64,000 bases of DNA, taken from the IMG/VR virus record IMGVR_UViG_3300031884_000002, positions 186,001 through 250,000 of that record; one strand, 5' to 3'. This document shows positions 17,310 through 27,239 of this stretch, piece after piece. Numbering within the stretch: the stretch's first letter is position 1; each line of letters starts with the position of its first letter. A program made the translations under genes and the position numbers. The notes under the pieces were generated by a model that did not search any database, was not told where the DNA came from, and worked only from the letters and a program-made list of their open reading frames with translations.

Positions 17310-17717
17310 TTATTTTTTAATTTGTTCTAAAGGTTCATTTGAAATAAGTGCTATATATTCAATTTCATAATTAGAAACTAAATATGAACCATTTTCTTGT
17401 TTATCAGATAAGTTTCCAATACCAACTGGGGTTAATGTAAAGGTTCCGCTTTCTAAGAATTCTTTAATTGGAATTTGTTTAGGATTTACAGTTGTATCTA
17501 AACAAAGAGATACTTTTCCATCTGGACTTAAGTTAATATCCGAAATTTGAGAACAAATATTTGTAATATCCTGATTCATACCACTATATAAAAATGCATG
17601 TTTAGTTTCAACATATTGTTTTTTATATTTAATAATAGCTTCATTTAAGACATCATTAGGATATATTCTATTATTTAGAGATAATTTATTTGCCATAAAT
17701 GGAAATTCTACATCCAT
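17310..17717 (-). CDS. Catalytically degenerate prohead protease (T4 gp21-like) paralog
   Basis: NNRIYPNDVL..ICSQI..TPVGIGNL..NYEIEYIALISNEP follows the gp21 motif order without the His/Ser/Asp motif residues. Confidence 0.6.
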   Translation of the reverse strand: MDVEFPFMANKLSLNNRIYPNDVLNEAIIKYKKQYVETKHAFLYSGMNQDITNICSQISDINLSPDGKVSLCLDTTVNPKQIPIKEFLESGTFTLTPVGIGNLSDKQENGSYLVSNYEIEYIALISNEPLEQIKK

Positions 17718-17723
17718 AGAAAT

Positions 17724-17751
17724 ATTATATCAACTTTTTTAGTTTTATCAA
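17724..17751 (-). promoter_or_regulatory. sigma70-type promoter TTGATA-16-TATAAT, 6 nt from ATG
   Basis: Read on the minus strand; extended -10 TG present. Confidence 0.7.
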
Positions 17752-17767
17752 CTTTTTTTAAATAAAT

Positions 17768-17808
17768 AAAAAGACCGTATAATACTAAAAATATTATACG
17801 GTCTTTTT
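17768..17808 (-). terminator. Intrinsic terminator after the SSB gene
   Basis: aaaaagaccgtataata..tattatacggtcttttt long inverted repeat. Confidence 0.8.
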
Positions 17809-17820
17809 TGTAATTATATT

Positions 17821-18651
17821 TTAAGATGATTTTGCAAAAAACTTGTCAAAATCTTCTTCTTCTGCCGCAGTTGGAACCGGCGTTGCAGTTTCAGCAACGT
17901 CTTTTTTATCAACTGTAGCCGATGCTTTTTCGACTTCGGCTGTCGAAGGCTCTTGACCTTCTGGAGCCAAATAATCTTCGATAATTGCGTCCAATTCCTC
18001 ATACGTCTTCAATGGGAATACTTGAGTAATATCCAATTGTTTTCGGATGCTTTCCATAGCCTCTTTATTGGTAGGAGATACCGCTAAAGTTTTCTTCGGA
18101 CTTGGAATAATAGTTGTCTCAGGAAAAGGTTTTCCAGTTTTCTTATCAATTTTCTGACCTTTTTCAATGAATTTAACGTCAATATCATTGCCTTCACGTA
18201 AATCTGTAATATCGCCCCATTCAGTATTACAATAAGAAAGCAATTGCTTATATACCGTAATTCCAAATCCCCAGAAACGAACCCCTTGTTCCTCTTCACC
18301 ACGAACAATAATAGGAACATAAGTTCTAGCAACCGACTTAAAGTGCTTGTTTGCTAATTCCTTTTCTTCCGTAGTACCGTTTGTAGTAAGAGCCTCAAAT
18401 CTCTCTTGAAATGGATCAGGTTTTCCAAAAGTGGAAGGTGCCAATATAGAAGCAATTCCATTGAACTTGTAATAAAACTTCAATTCAATAAATGGAGAAT
18501 CTTGTTCTTCACCATTTGGGCGATAAGGAACTATTCGGATTCTTTGAGTACCTTCTCTTGGTTTCCAGAGAAGACGATTAAAATCAACGGTTTTTTTACC
18601 AGATTCTAATTGTTTAAGTTTATTTTGTAGTTTTTCTATGTTAAGTGCCAT
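17821..18651 (-). CDS. Single-stranded DNA-binding protein (T4 gp32-like)
   Basis: LWKP..IRIVPY..PFIE..VRGEEEQGVRFWGFG..GDITDLREGND; acidic tail EEEDFDKFF; next to recA. Confidence 0.8.
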   Translation of the reverse strand: MALNIEKLQNKLKQLESGKKTVDFNRLLWKPREGTQRIRIVPYRPNGEEQDSPFIELKFYYKFNGIASILAPSTFGKPDPFQERFEALTTNGTTEEKELANKHFKSVARTYVPIIVRGEEEQGVRFWGFGITVYKQLLSYCNTEWGDITDLREGNDIDVKFIEKGQKIDKKTGKPFPETTIIPSPKKTLAVSPTNKEAMESIRKQLDITQVFPLKTYEELDAIIEDYLAPEGQEPSTAEVEKASATVDKKDVAETATPVPTAAEEEDFDKFFAKSS

Positions 18652-18778
18652 AATTTTTAATTTAGTTAATTGTTTAATTATTTTCGGTCAAAATCAAAAA
18701 CTATAATTATGTTCCATCTTCTAACCTCTAATAACTATAAATGAGTTTAGCAAAAAATCAAAAATATTACAACTTTTT

Positions 18779-19165
18779 TTAAGATCCCATTCGTTCAAAT
18801 TGTAACGGAATAATTTTAACAGAAATATCTCCATTGATAATAAGGGAGTTTTTATACAATTCCCATTGTACCATATAAGTTTTATCAAACACTCCTCCAT
18901 TTTCATCTCGTATCAATTGATTTAAACTATTTATGGTATATAAAATATTAAACTCTTTTTTTCGATGTATTAAAATTGTGCTTGGAAGTTTTTTAATATT
19001 GTTAATCACGTTGTACGTTAAATAACATTCTTGTTTGTTATTTACATTTGAAAATATAAATATTCTATTACATTGAGTGTAAGTATTATATATTAAATCT
19101 AAAGTTTTATTTATATTATCGTAGTTACAAAACGTACATAGGAGTTGTCGATTTATCGAGTACAT
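18779..19165 (-). CDS. Hypothetical phage protein
   Basis: 128-aa ORF, co-directional with neighbours. Confidence 0.65.
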   Translation of the reverse strand: MYSINRQLLCTFCNYDNINKTLDLIYNTYTQCNRIFIFSNVNNKQECYLTYNVINNIKKLPSTILIHRKKEFNILYTINSLNQLIRDENGGVFDKTYMVQWELYKNSLIINGDISVKIIPLQFERMGS

Positions 19166-19190
19166 GGGGTATATTGTGTTCTACTCATGC

Positions 19191-19859
19191 TTAAAGGTGG
19201 TCTATTAAAAAAGTAACTGCTTCTTTTAAATTTAAACGATTCGCTTCTTTTAAAAGAATTGATAATTCTTCTTTTAAATTAAGAGGAGGAACTAGATTTG
19301 AAAGTGTAGTGTTATCTCCACCAATTATTTGTTTAACTACTTGTTTAGTTGCCGCAACTTGATTCGGAGTCTGTGGTTGATTAGGCGTTACCGATGGCTT
19401 ATCAACATCTATATCTTGTGATTTTCCTCCGATTGGCTCTACTGCTAATTGATGCCCGTTTTGAAATATATTCGGCTCATGTTTTGGTTGTTGAGGCTCT
19501 TCGTCATTAGGTTCATTTTTAGAAGGTATTGATAATGGTTTTTCAGATGGTTCAGTTACCTTTGGTTTCGCTGGTTCTTTTAATGTATGAGTTCCAGATT
19601 TAATTGCGGCATCCCGTTTTTCCTTTGATGAAAATGTCGTAGTTCTTCCACTGTTTATACTAAACGCTTGTCTATCGGGAAACTTTCCCTCTACCATTCC
19701 ATTTGTAATTTTTAATGATTCTATTTCAGACAATCCATGGTTAACAAAATACTCATATAAAACATCCATATGATTGTTATTTTCCATATTAAATATTCCA
19801 TCCGTAACCCTTTGGTCGATAGATACTTCTGATAAAATGTAATCAAATAAACTTTCCAT
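19191..19859 (-). CDS. Hypothetical protein with Pro-rich linker
   Basis: TATTTATA just upstream; N-terminus ends ILSE. Confidence 0.6.
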   Translation of the reverse strand: MESLFDYILSEVSIDQRVTDGIFNMENNNHMDVLYEYFVNHGLSEIESLKITNGMVEGKFPDRQAFSINSGRTTTFSSKEKRDAAIKSGTHTLKEPAKPKVTEPSEKPLSIPSKNEPNDEEPQQPKHEPNIFQNGHQLAVEPIGGKSQDIDVDKPSVTPNQPQTPNQVAATKQVVKQIIGGDNTTLSNLVPPLNLKEELSILLKEANRLNLKEAVTFLIDHL

Positions 19860-19902
19860 ATATTATAAATATATACCAGTTTTTATGAAATACATTTTAT
19901 AT

Positions 19903-21252
19903 TTAAAATTGCAATTGAAGACTTCCATATGAATCTCCAATATAGCTTTTAACTGGAAATATGGAATTAAACGACATAATTTTTACAACTTCATCCAATA
20001 CTTCTTCCCCATCTGGGATATAAAAATCATATAGAATTGAATCATATGTATATAATATTGGCATCGTTTTTTTATTCTTCAAATATTCTTCCACTAAATT
20101 AAGTCGGGAAATTGCAAGTTCTCCTTCAAATGCTTGTAAAATATAATTAAATAATTTATATGGATTTGGGTCTAATATATGCTTGGTTGTTATTTTTCGA
20201 TTAAATATAGGGGTTAGAATATATCCATTAGATTTGAAAAACTCCCATTTATCAAACACATAAGTTTTTAAGTTTGATAAATATTTTATATGAGAATATT
20301 TATCTTCGATACCGCCATAAAGTTGTCTAAATGTGATTCGTTTGGCTTCTTTTATTTCGTCTACGGATATATTTTGTTTTTGAAAATATAATTTTGCCAA
20401 ATATTCATAAATATCGATTGAAGTATCCAATGTATAATTAGTCAGATAACATATTATACGAGGATGAAATGCACTGTAATCCACCAATGCCATTTTACCA
20501 TCTTTTCCATATCTGGAAATAAACTTATCTCTGGTTCCATCGAAATTATTCAGTGCTGCAAAATTGATATTGTTAAACTTATTAGATGGTCTTCCAGTTG
20601 AAGTGTATAAATTATATTCACTATATATAATATTATTGACTGGATATTGTGAATATTGTTTATAATATAACTCTCTATCTACATATATTCCATTTTTTTC
20701 AATTCTGGATAATGCCGGAATAATATTATTATTTATACTATTAAAAGCAATATCTAAGTTAGAAGAGTTAATCAACGGGTTAATATCAATCCATATATCT
20801 TCAAACATTTCCAAATGTTTTAATATCGGTATTGTTTGATTTAACTTCCCAATATTATCGTATGTTCGATAAATAAAATCATGCGCCGATGTTGAATAAT
20901 CGGTTAATTTTAAAATTTCATTATCGTTTAAATAAGAGGATAAATTTATATCATATACATTCTTACAATTCAATAGTTGGATAAATGATTTTTTATCAAT
21001 TACCCATTTTATGTTTTCCGATGACAATATAAATTGTAAAAACTGTATTTTTAATTCGGTTGATAAAGAAGAATCTGGATGATTTATAGATATATAATAA
21101 GTCATCTCTGATTTTATATGTTTAATAAAAATTACACTTATTTTATTTTCAGCCGAATGTAATTTATAGTCGATTGGAATAATATGAATTGCCAATGCAT
21201 CCGTTCCTATAGAACTGATGAACCGTTCAAAATCTAATTTATTTTCAATCAT
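19903..21252 (-). CDS. Compact family A DNA polymerase-like protein
   Basis: TSTGRPS, motif A VDYSAFHPR, motif B EAKRITFRQLYG, NYILQ, motif C LYTYDS. Confidence 0.75.
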   Translation of the reverse strand: MIENKLDFERFISSIGTDALAIHIIPIDYKLHSAENKISVIFIKHIKSEMTYYISINHPDSSLSTELKIQFLQFILSSENIKWVIDKKSFIQLLNCKNVYDINLSSYLNDNEILKLTDYSTSAHDFIYRTYDNIGKLNQTIPILKHLEMFEDIWIDINPLINSSNLDIAFNSINNNIIPALSRIEKNGIYVDRELYYKQYSQYPVNNIIYSEYNLYTSTGRPSNKFNNINFAALNNFDGTRDKFISRYGKDGKMALVDYSAFHPRIICYLTNYTLDTSIDIYEYLAKLYFQKQNISVDEIKEAKRITFRQLYGGIEDKYSHIKYLSNLKTYVFDKWEFFKSNGYILTPIFNRKITTKHILDPNPYKLFNYILQAFEGELAISRLNLVEEYLKNKKTMPILYTYDSILYDFYIPDGEEVLDEVVKIMSFNSIFPVKSYIGDSYGSLQLQF

Positions 21253-21295
21253 TGAACGGACATAGTATCAGAACTGATTAAAAACTCAAGTATTT

Positions 21296-23758
21296 TTAAA
21301 CGGGAAGAAGACCAATTTTTGTTCGAACTCCGTTTCGGAGTGGAATTACTCCAGCCGTGATTGTAGTCGTCCATTTTCCGGCTTCTATATTTTCAGTAAT
21401 ATTTGTTATTCTAAATATAATATTTGTTTCACTATATGGTTCAGGAAGACCTCGAACTAAAAACATCATAAATGTTCGTAACCCACCTATACCTTGAATA
21501 GTAAAAGTAGCTTGTATACCGGGCATTATTCCAACATACGTTGGATTATTATCATAATCTCCATCGTCCATTAACATATTAACAACATCAGATGCGGGAA
21601 GTACTAGTCGTCGTATAATAGTTTTATCATCGGAAACCGTAGTTAATTGAAACATTTCAGGAGTTGCCGATAAAGTTTGTAAATCCTTCATCAATGTAAT
21701 TCCATCGTTTTTTGGTTTATCATTTTTTACATCGTTGGAGTTTTTGATGGAATCATCTAAAAATAATCGGTCTCTAAACATATAGTCTAATAATTCATTA
21801 GTTCCATTATTTGATTTTGTATCGGCGTTTTTTCGTATATTAGTAGCCGCATATAATGAACGTATCGCTTGACCCGAACTAATAGTAGGCTTAAACTCCA
21901 TTCCTGTCAAGATTGAATTATCTGTCATATATTCAAATATAAATGGAGTCCCTACATTATCAGGAATATATTTAGTATCGATTATTTTCATAGTCGATTG
22001 ATTTCCATCTGGAACGGGATTTCCGGTTGAAGATACTAATCTAAAATCCCAGAAATTTCCACATGCTGAACTTATAGAAGACATCATTTTATCTATTAAA
22101 TCAGTATAAGTAATAATTCCATCATCATGCACTAATTTTTTAAGAAAATTAACATTTACATATAAATTTTTTAAATATCCATTTTCAAAAGTTCCAGTTC
22201 TTACCGTTGGAAACTCACATATGGAATCCACCGGAGAAACTCCATTGTTATATCTTCCACTGTTAATAAGTTCATCTAAATTATCTCGATATGTCCCTCC
22301 CAATTGAATACATACATGATATAACCTTTTGTCGGCGGCATCTTCATTTTGAGGTTTAATAAAATTAGAACATATTGATAATTGTGTTATATCATCATTT
22401 GATATATTATTTGTAGCTTGTGCATCCTGTCCATAAAAATATTTAGGTGCAAATGTATTGGGAATCAATAATATTCCACCATCGCTCGATATCATGTTTT
22501 TATGCCCAGTTATTAAAATGTCATCTATGTCAATTCTAAAAAACTCTCCTCCACTAATAGTCGAATAATCCACATTACAATAATTAAATATTTCAATGAT
22601 AAGTCCTAAGTTAATCCACGTATTTGCCAAGGGAGAAGTTATATCAAAATCATCTTCCCTATGTACGAACGTATTTATGAGATTGTTTTCAGAGTTAATA
22701 TCTCTTCCATAAAATATACCATAAAGATATTCTTTCCAATTATCTTCATGTTTCTGTTTTAAATATTTTATGAACTTATTCAAAAATACTTCATCCGATG
22801 TTTCAGGAGTTCCTTTATGAAGATTGCTGTTTTTGTCAATTACGGATTTTAATAAATCTATTCTCTCATCTACGAAATCAATTAAACTTCCGAATGGCAA
22901 TTTTGCATTGGATGTATTTGAAGTCGTATCTTTCCCATCGCTATCAACCGGAACATCTTCAGTAGTGGAATTAATTATCAATCCCGAATACATTCTATCT
23001 CTGGAAGAAATTTCAGTCATACACTTAATGGTAGTTCCTTCGACTGACCAATTAAAATTACTAACTGTTCCAAGCATTACGTCGTAATTTCCATTTGAAC
23101 CTAAAATATTCTGTGTATATAGTGGATATGGGTCTCGGAATAATGTATTTAAATTTGGAACACTGGTTACATCTATCAAATTCATAGGATTAAAATTATT
23201 CCATCCCCATTCCAATACAAATGTTATAGAAGGAACTAAAAAATAAGGAGTCATATATTCCAATTGTGCTCTGGAAAAACAAACCCAATTTATAGTTGCC
23301 TTTCTATATAATTCATGTTGAATAATTATATTTATACTTTCAATTTGAGGGCTGGGAACTTGAATTGGATATGTAGAAGTTCTATTATTATTTATTAGAG
23401 TATGTGGAGTAAATGAGGAATTAGGCTGAAATCCTATAATACTTTCATTGTATCCGCTAGTTCTGGAAAATCCATAAGTGCTAAAAAAATCAGAAGGAGA
23501 TGCTAATATAAATCCGGGTTTATTTGCGTTTACACCGGTTTCCATACCTTGTCCGTTACTTGTAACTCTAATCCACGGAGTTTGTGGTCCTCTATATTTA
23601 GACCAATTTCCAGTAGTATTACCCCAATCCCCATTATTAGCATTTACATAATTCAATCCTCTATTATCACCTTCTCTTCTTGTTAATTCTGATTGTATTT
23701 GAATTGGGATGTTACATGGATACCATGGAATCAAATTTGGAATCGAAGTTATTGACAT
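21296..23758 (-). CDS. Putative baseplate hub/tail-associated protein
   Basis: 820 aa; LEWGW and FRITNITENIEAGKWTTTI hub-like ending; downstream of tape measure and LysM-like genes. Confidence 0.55.
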   Translation of the reverse strand: MSITSIPNLIPWYPCNIPIQIQSELTRREGDNRGLNYVNANNGDWGNTTGNWSKYRGPQTPWIRVTSNGQGMETGVNANKPGFILASPSDFFSTYGFSRTSGYNESIIGFQPNSSFTPHTLINNNRTSTYPIQVPSPQIESINIIIQHELYRKATINWVCFSRAQLEYMTPYFLVPSITFVLEWGWNNFNPMNLIDVTSVPNLNTLFRDPYPLYTQNILGSNGNYDVMLGTVSNFNWSVEGTTIKCMTEISSRDRMYSGLIINSTTEDVPVDSDGKDTTSNTSNAKLPFGSLIDFVDERIDLLKSVIDKNSNLHKGTPETSDEVFLNKFIKYLKQKHEDNWKEYLYGIFYGRDINSENNLINTFVHREDDFDITSPLANTWINLGLIIEIFNYCNVDYSTISGGEFFRIDIDDILITGHKNMISSDGGILLIPNTFAPKYFYGQDAQATNNISNDDITQLSICSNFIKPQNEDAADKRLYHVCIQLGGTYRDNLDELINSGRYNNGVSPVDSICEFPTVRTGTFENGYLKNLYVNVNFLKKLVHDDGIITYTDLIDKMMSSISSACGNFWDFRLVSSTGNPVPDGNQSTMKIIDTKYIPDNVGTPFIFEYMTDNSILTGMEFKPTISSGQAIRSLYAATNIRKNADTKSNNGTNELLDYMFRDRLFLDDSIKNSNDVKNDKPKNDGITLMKDLQTLSATPEMFQLTTVSDDKTIIRRLVLPASDVVNMLMDDGDYDNNPTYVGIMPGIQATFTIQGIGGLRTFMMFLVRGLPEPYSETNIIFRITNITENIEAGKWTTTITAGVIPLRNGVRTKIGLLPV

Positions 23759-24624
23759 AAAATAATCTCATCATTGGTTAAAGCATCATATAATAATTGT
23801 TTTCTCTCATTGAATCTCCAAAAATTACAATCTCTTAACTCTTTAATTATATTGTTCTGTCTATCAACATCAGATTTATGTAATATTCCATTTATATCAT
23901 AATGATGAGATTCATCATATTCAAATACAATATTTTTATCTTTATCATAACCATCCAAAAAATATCCAGCAATTTTATATTCTCCTCCGTTTTCTGCATG
24001 TTGGAAATTATAATTTCCAATTTTATTTATTTTATCTATAAACTCACATGCAATTTTATTATAATTGAAAAGTTTTCCATCTTTATATTTTATATTTAAT
24101 ATATTTTGTGTAATAATTCTTCTTTTTTTTCTATATTCTTCTGAATTATGAATATTTTTCATATTATCTATATGAGATTCATTCGACCACATTTTTTTAC
24201 TATTGATTTGATGTTTTTTACGATATTCGTGAGATTCCATTATAGGCTTTATTTTTTTTCTAAAATCTGGATTTTTCCATTGTAAAATTGCTTGTTCTTT
24301 CAATTTTAATTTAGTTTCCAAAGATACCGGATGTTCTTTTAACCTTCTTGACGTGACATTACTCATTTTTTCTTTATATTCATTAGTATAGAAAAATAAT
24401 TTATTTTTTGTTTTTCCGCTCTCTTTAGTAGCACAGTTTCTACAGTTAGAATTATTTCTTGTATTTAATATTAATGATTTTTTACAAGAATATATTTGTT
24501 CTTTACCACATTTAGGACATTTTTTCGTCCATTTTTTCTCTCCAGTATTTTCGCATACGTTCTTGTCTAATTCGGTCTGAGTTTCTTTCATACCACTCTC
24601 GTTTCCATTTAAGTTCGGCTTCAT
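23749..24624 (-). CDS. Free-standing endonuclease (Zn-ribbon plus PD-(D/E)xK/EDxHD-like)
   Basis: CPKC..CRNC; FQHAENGGE..YFLDGYDKDKNIVFEYDESHHY. Confidence 0.75.
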   Translation of the reverse strand: MKPNLNGNESGMKETQTELDKNVCENTGEKKWTKKCPKCGKEQIYSCKKSLILNTRNNSNCRNCATKESGKTKNKLFFYTNEYKEKMSNVTSRRLKEHPVSLETKLKLKEQAILQWKNPDFRKKIKPIMESHEYRKKHQINSKKMWSNESHIDNMKNIHNSEEYRKKRRIITQNILNIKYKDGKLFNYNKIACEFIDKINKIGNYNFQHAENGGEYKIAGYFLDGYDKDKNIVFEYDESHHYDINGILHKSDVDRQNNIIKELRDCNFWRFNERKQLLYDALTNDEIILCQ

Positions 24625-24664
24625 ATTTTTCTTCTTTAGTTTTATATATTTTATGTCTTCCCAT
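24512..24664 (-). CDS. 50-aa basic mini-ORF overlapping the endonuclease 5' end out of frame (copy 1)
   Basis: MGRHKIYKTKEEKYEAELKWKREWYERNSDRIRQERMRKYWREKMDEKMS*; 29/44 identical to 49374..49511. Confidence 0.65.
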   Translation of the reverse strand: MGRHKIYKTKEEKYEAELKWKREWYERNSDRIRQERMRKYWREKMDEKMS

Positions 24665-24716
24665 AACTTTTTATTTTTTGTTCTACATATAAATATATAA
24701 CTCTATACAAAAAACT

Positions 24717-25031
24717 CTAACTATTTAGATTGTTGAATTGGGTTATTATAGAATTGACATTTATAGGTATTCTAAGTTGAATACCAGCCGGAACCGATAA
24801 TCGACCATTTCCCAATCCGTTATTTGCCAATGATATAATCCAATAAAGAGAATAATCATTATAATACTTATATGCCAATACATCTAAATACATAGTGTCA
24901 TTTGTGATTATTACTATATCACTATCTTGAGGAGTAACTAATGGGTATGTAACCGATGAGTATATTTGTTTTCCGTCCCATCTTATAGAAGATGAAATGT
25001 TAGAATATCGTGATGAATAATTATTTACCAT
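24717..25031 (-). CDS. LysM-like/tail-X-like baseplate protein
   Basis: LDVLAYKYYNDYSLYWIISLAN..VPAGIQLRIP. Confidence 0.75.
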   Translation of the reverse strand: MVNNYSSRYSNISSSIRWDGKQIYSSVTYPLVTPQDSDIVIITNDTMYLDVLAYKYYNDYSLYWIISLANNGLGNGRLSVPAGIQLRIPINVNSIITQFNNLNS

Positions 25032-25043
25032 ATATTATATGTA

Positions 25044-27233
25044 TTATGAAGATACCGATACAACTAAACTTTGATCCATTGGGGTTGGAGATTTTCCAAG
25101 TGGAATTGCAGTATTCCAAGCATTAGAAGTAAATACATTAGTGCGAGGAGCGTTTCCAAAATTAGCACCGCCCGCAATAGGTTGTTCTTTTTCCAATAAG
25201 TTCATAGATACTGCAATATCAACTTCTCTTGGTAATTGACCATAATTAGTCGTACTCGGAGACGTAATATAGTTTGCCAAATGAGACCACGAAACTCCGC
25301 TTTCTTGACTGGTTGTTTCCCAACTTGCATCTTCAGGAACTGTAAGATTCACCGATTTTATAATACATGGTTGATTTTTATACATATCCCCGATTGTTAT
25401 ATAATACATCGGAGGAATTATATATCTATTTGTAATGTTGTTTACTCCTTGAGTTCCTCCTGATGTATAATTTGAAGGTTTAACTGCGGTTGTTAAATAA
25501 TTAATTCTTTGCCAAGTAGGTGCCAGTTCAACTATACTATTTATTATAATTTTAAAATTAAATGATAAATCTCTGGAAAATCCGGAATAATTAAATATTT
25601 TATCGGCTCTTCCTATAAAAGAAAACTCATCATATGTAGCACTATCGTTTGCCGCCAATCCCTTTATAGTTGCTCTAAAAGGAATATATTTTTGATTTAC
25701 GATATCATAAAAGTAAAATGCTAATTGGTCATGAGTATATGGTTTCCAAGTTACATTGCTCCATCCAACCATTGGTCCAGTTCCTTTTTTATTTACATCT
25801 AATACTGTTAATGTATTGATAGCATCAAATGCCAATGAAGAAGGTAGTCGTAGGGAATTTTCTAATTGAGTTGCAATATCATCGGATACTAATTTAGTAG
25901 AGGAGTCTCTATATTCTTTTAATACCCCATATTGATAGGTTAATCCACGATTACTATCAGTTTTATTTTTTGTATTAAATAATTTATTATATCCATTTAT
26001 GGTGGTATTATTATTTTGTAATATGCTGGAATTTTGTTTAGGATTTGTATTGTATGTAGATTTCCCCGAATTTGATACAAATCCGGTATTTGTTATATCA
26101 ATCAATACAGATTGCATTAAAGTATTATACGAACTAACCGATAATGAGTCTGTTTTTTTACTTGGATAATTTTTTGATGAATCTGCATAATCGTAAAATT
26201 GATACATTATATCCGAATTTGTAAATGGACCAGAATTGGCAATATTAGAACCTACATTGTCGCCATACCTATAGCCGGATTTTAATGTATTCGTACTTTG
26301 ATTTGTATTATATCCAACCTTTCCAACTCCGCTAATACTACCATTTACTAAAGTAGATGTTAATACAATATTATTCGTAATATTTCCATTCGTATCAACC
26401 GTTACAAATAATCGAGACGCATCCACCGGATATTCTCCGTTTTTCCTAATTATAGTTGACCCAGCTACCCATTGTTGCTGAATGTCTTGTTTTATACCAT
26501 TTTTATCATTATATGACAATCTATATGTCTCATCATCTATCATCATTCCGTAGGCACCCTCACTGCTATTAAATGATATTCCTTTTTGGGATGCTGGTTT
26601 TATATTAGCTATCAATGCTGATATAAAACTTGGACCGTTTGACGAATTGTTAGTCCATTTTGATTTTAATTTATTTAATCCCGAGTTTGCAGTCTGTGCT
26701 CGCAATAATCCATGTCCATCGGTAGTTGAATTTATATTAGGAAGAGCATCTGCAATCGTTCCATTGGGTGGTTTTACATTACCCGTAGAAATACCTATTA
26801 ACGAGGTCAATGCTCCTAATAATCCACCGGATAAATCTAAATGTCTAGTTACTCTTGGAACAATATATAACGTAGCTCCACGTCCTGCCGATACTAATAC
26901 TTCAGTTGGAGAATATAATCTAGTTTCATTAAATGCATTTCCGGTTTGCATTAAAAATTGTTTTCCGAGCCATATCAATCCTTTACCCGACGTTAAAAAT
27001 TGAGCCATTCTATCAACATCTAGAAGAGATCCACCAACTGGGAATATGAACGAATCTAATTTAGTATTTGGGTATTTGTTAGATTTATCTATATAGGTAT
27101 AAACATAAGGTTCTCCATCGGATGTATGAGGATTTAATTTATGATATAATTGTATATTTACACTATCCCATACAGATTCTAATCTGCCGGGTGCGGATGG
27201 TTTAATAGTGGTTAATTGTTGAATATTTGCCAT
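25044..27233 (-). CDS. Putative baseplate/tail-tube initiator protein
   Basis: C-terminal tube-like domain (IPFRATI..FIGRAD..YSGFSRDLSFNF..PP..TIGDMY); follows tape measure. Confidence 0.6.
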   Translation of the reverse strand: MANIQQLTTIKPSAPGRLESVWDSVNIQLYHKLNPHTSDGEPYVYTYIDKSNKYPNTKLDSFIFPVGGSLLDVDRMAQFLTSGKGLIWLGKQFLMQTGNAFNETRLYSPTEVLVSAGRGATLYIVPRVTRHLDLSGGLLGALTSLIGISTGNVKPPNGTIADALPNINSTTDGHGLLRAQTANSGLNKLKSKWTNNSSNGPSFISALIANIKPASQKGISFNSSEGAYGMMIDDETYRLSYNDKNGIKQDIQQQWVAGSTIIRKNGEYPVDASRLFVTVDTNGNITNNIVLTSTLVNGSISGVGKVGYNTNQSTNTLKSGYRYGDNVGSNIANSGPFTNSDIMYQFYDYADSSKNYPSKKTDSLSVSSYNTLMQSVLIDITNTGFVSNSGKSTYNTNPKQNSSILQNNNTTINGYNKLFNTKNKTDSNRGLTYQYGVLKEYRDSSTKLVSDDIATQLENSLRLPSSLAFDAINTLTVLDVNKKGTGPMVGWSNVTWKPYTHDQLAFYFYDIVNQKYIPFRATIKGLAANDSATYDEFSFIGRADKIFNYSGFSRDLSFNFKIIINSIVELAPTWQRINYLTTAVKPSNYTSGGTQGVNNITNRYIIPPMYYITIGDMYKNQPCIIKSVNLTVPEDASWETTSQESGVSWSHLANYITSPSTTNYGQLPREVDIAVSMNLLEKEQPIAGGANFGNAPRTNVFTSNAWNTAIPLGKSPTPMDQSLVVSVSS

Positions 27234-27239
27234 ATAATT

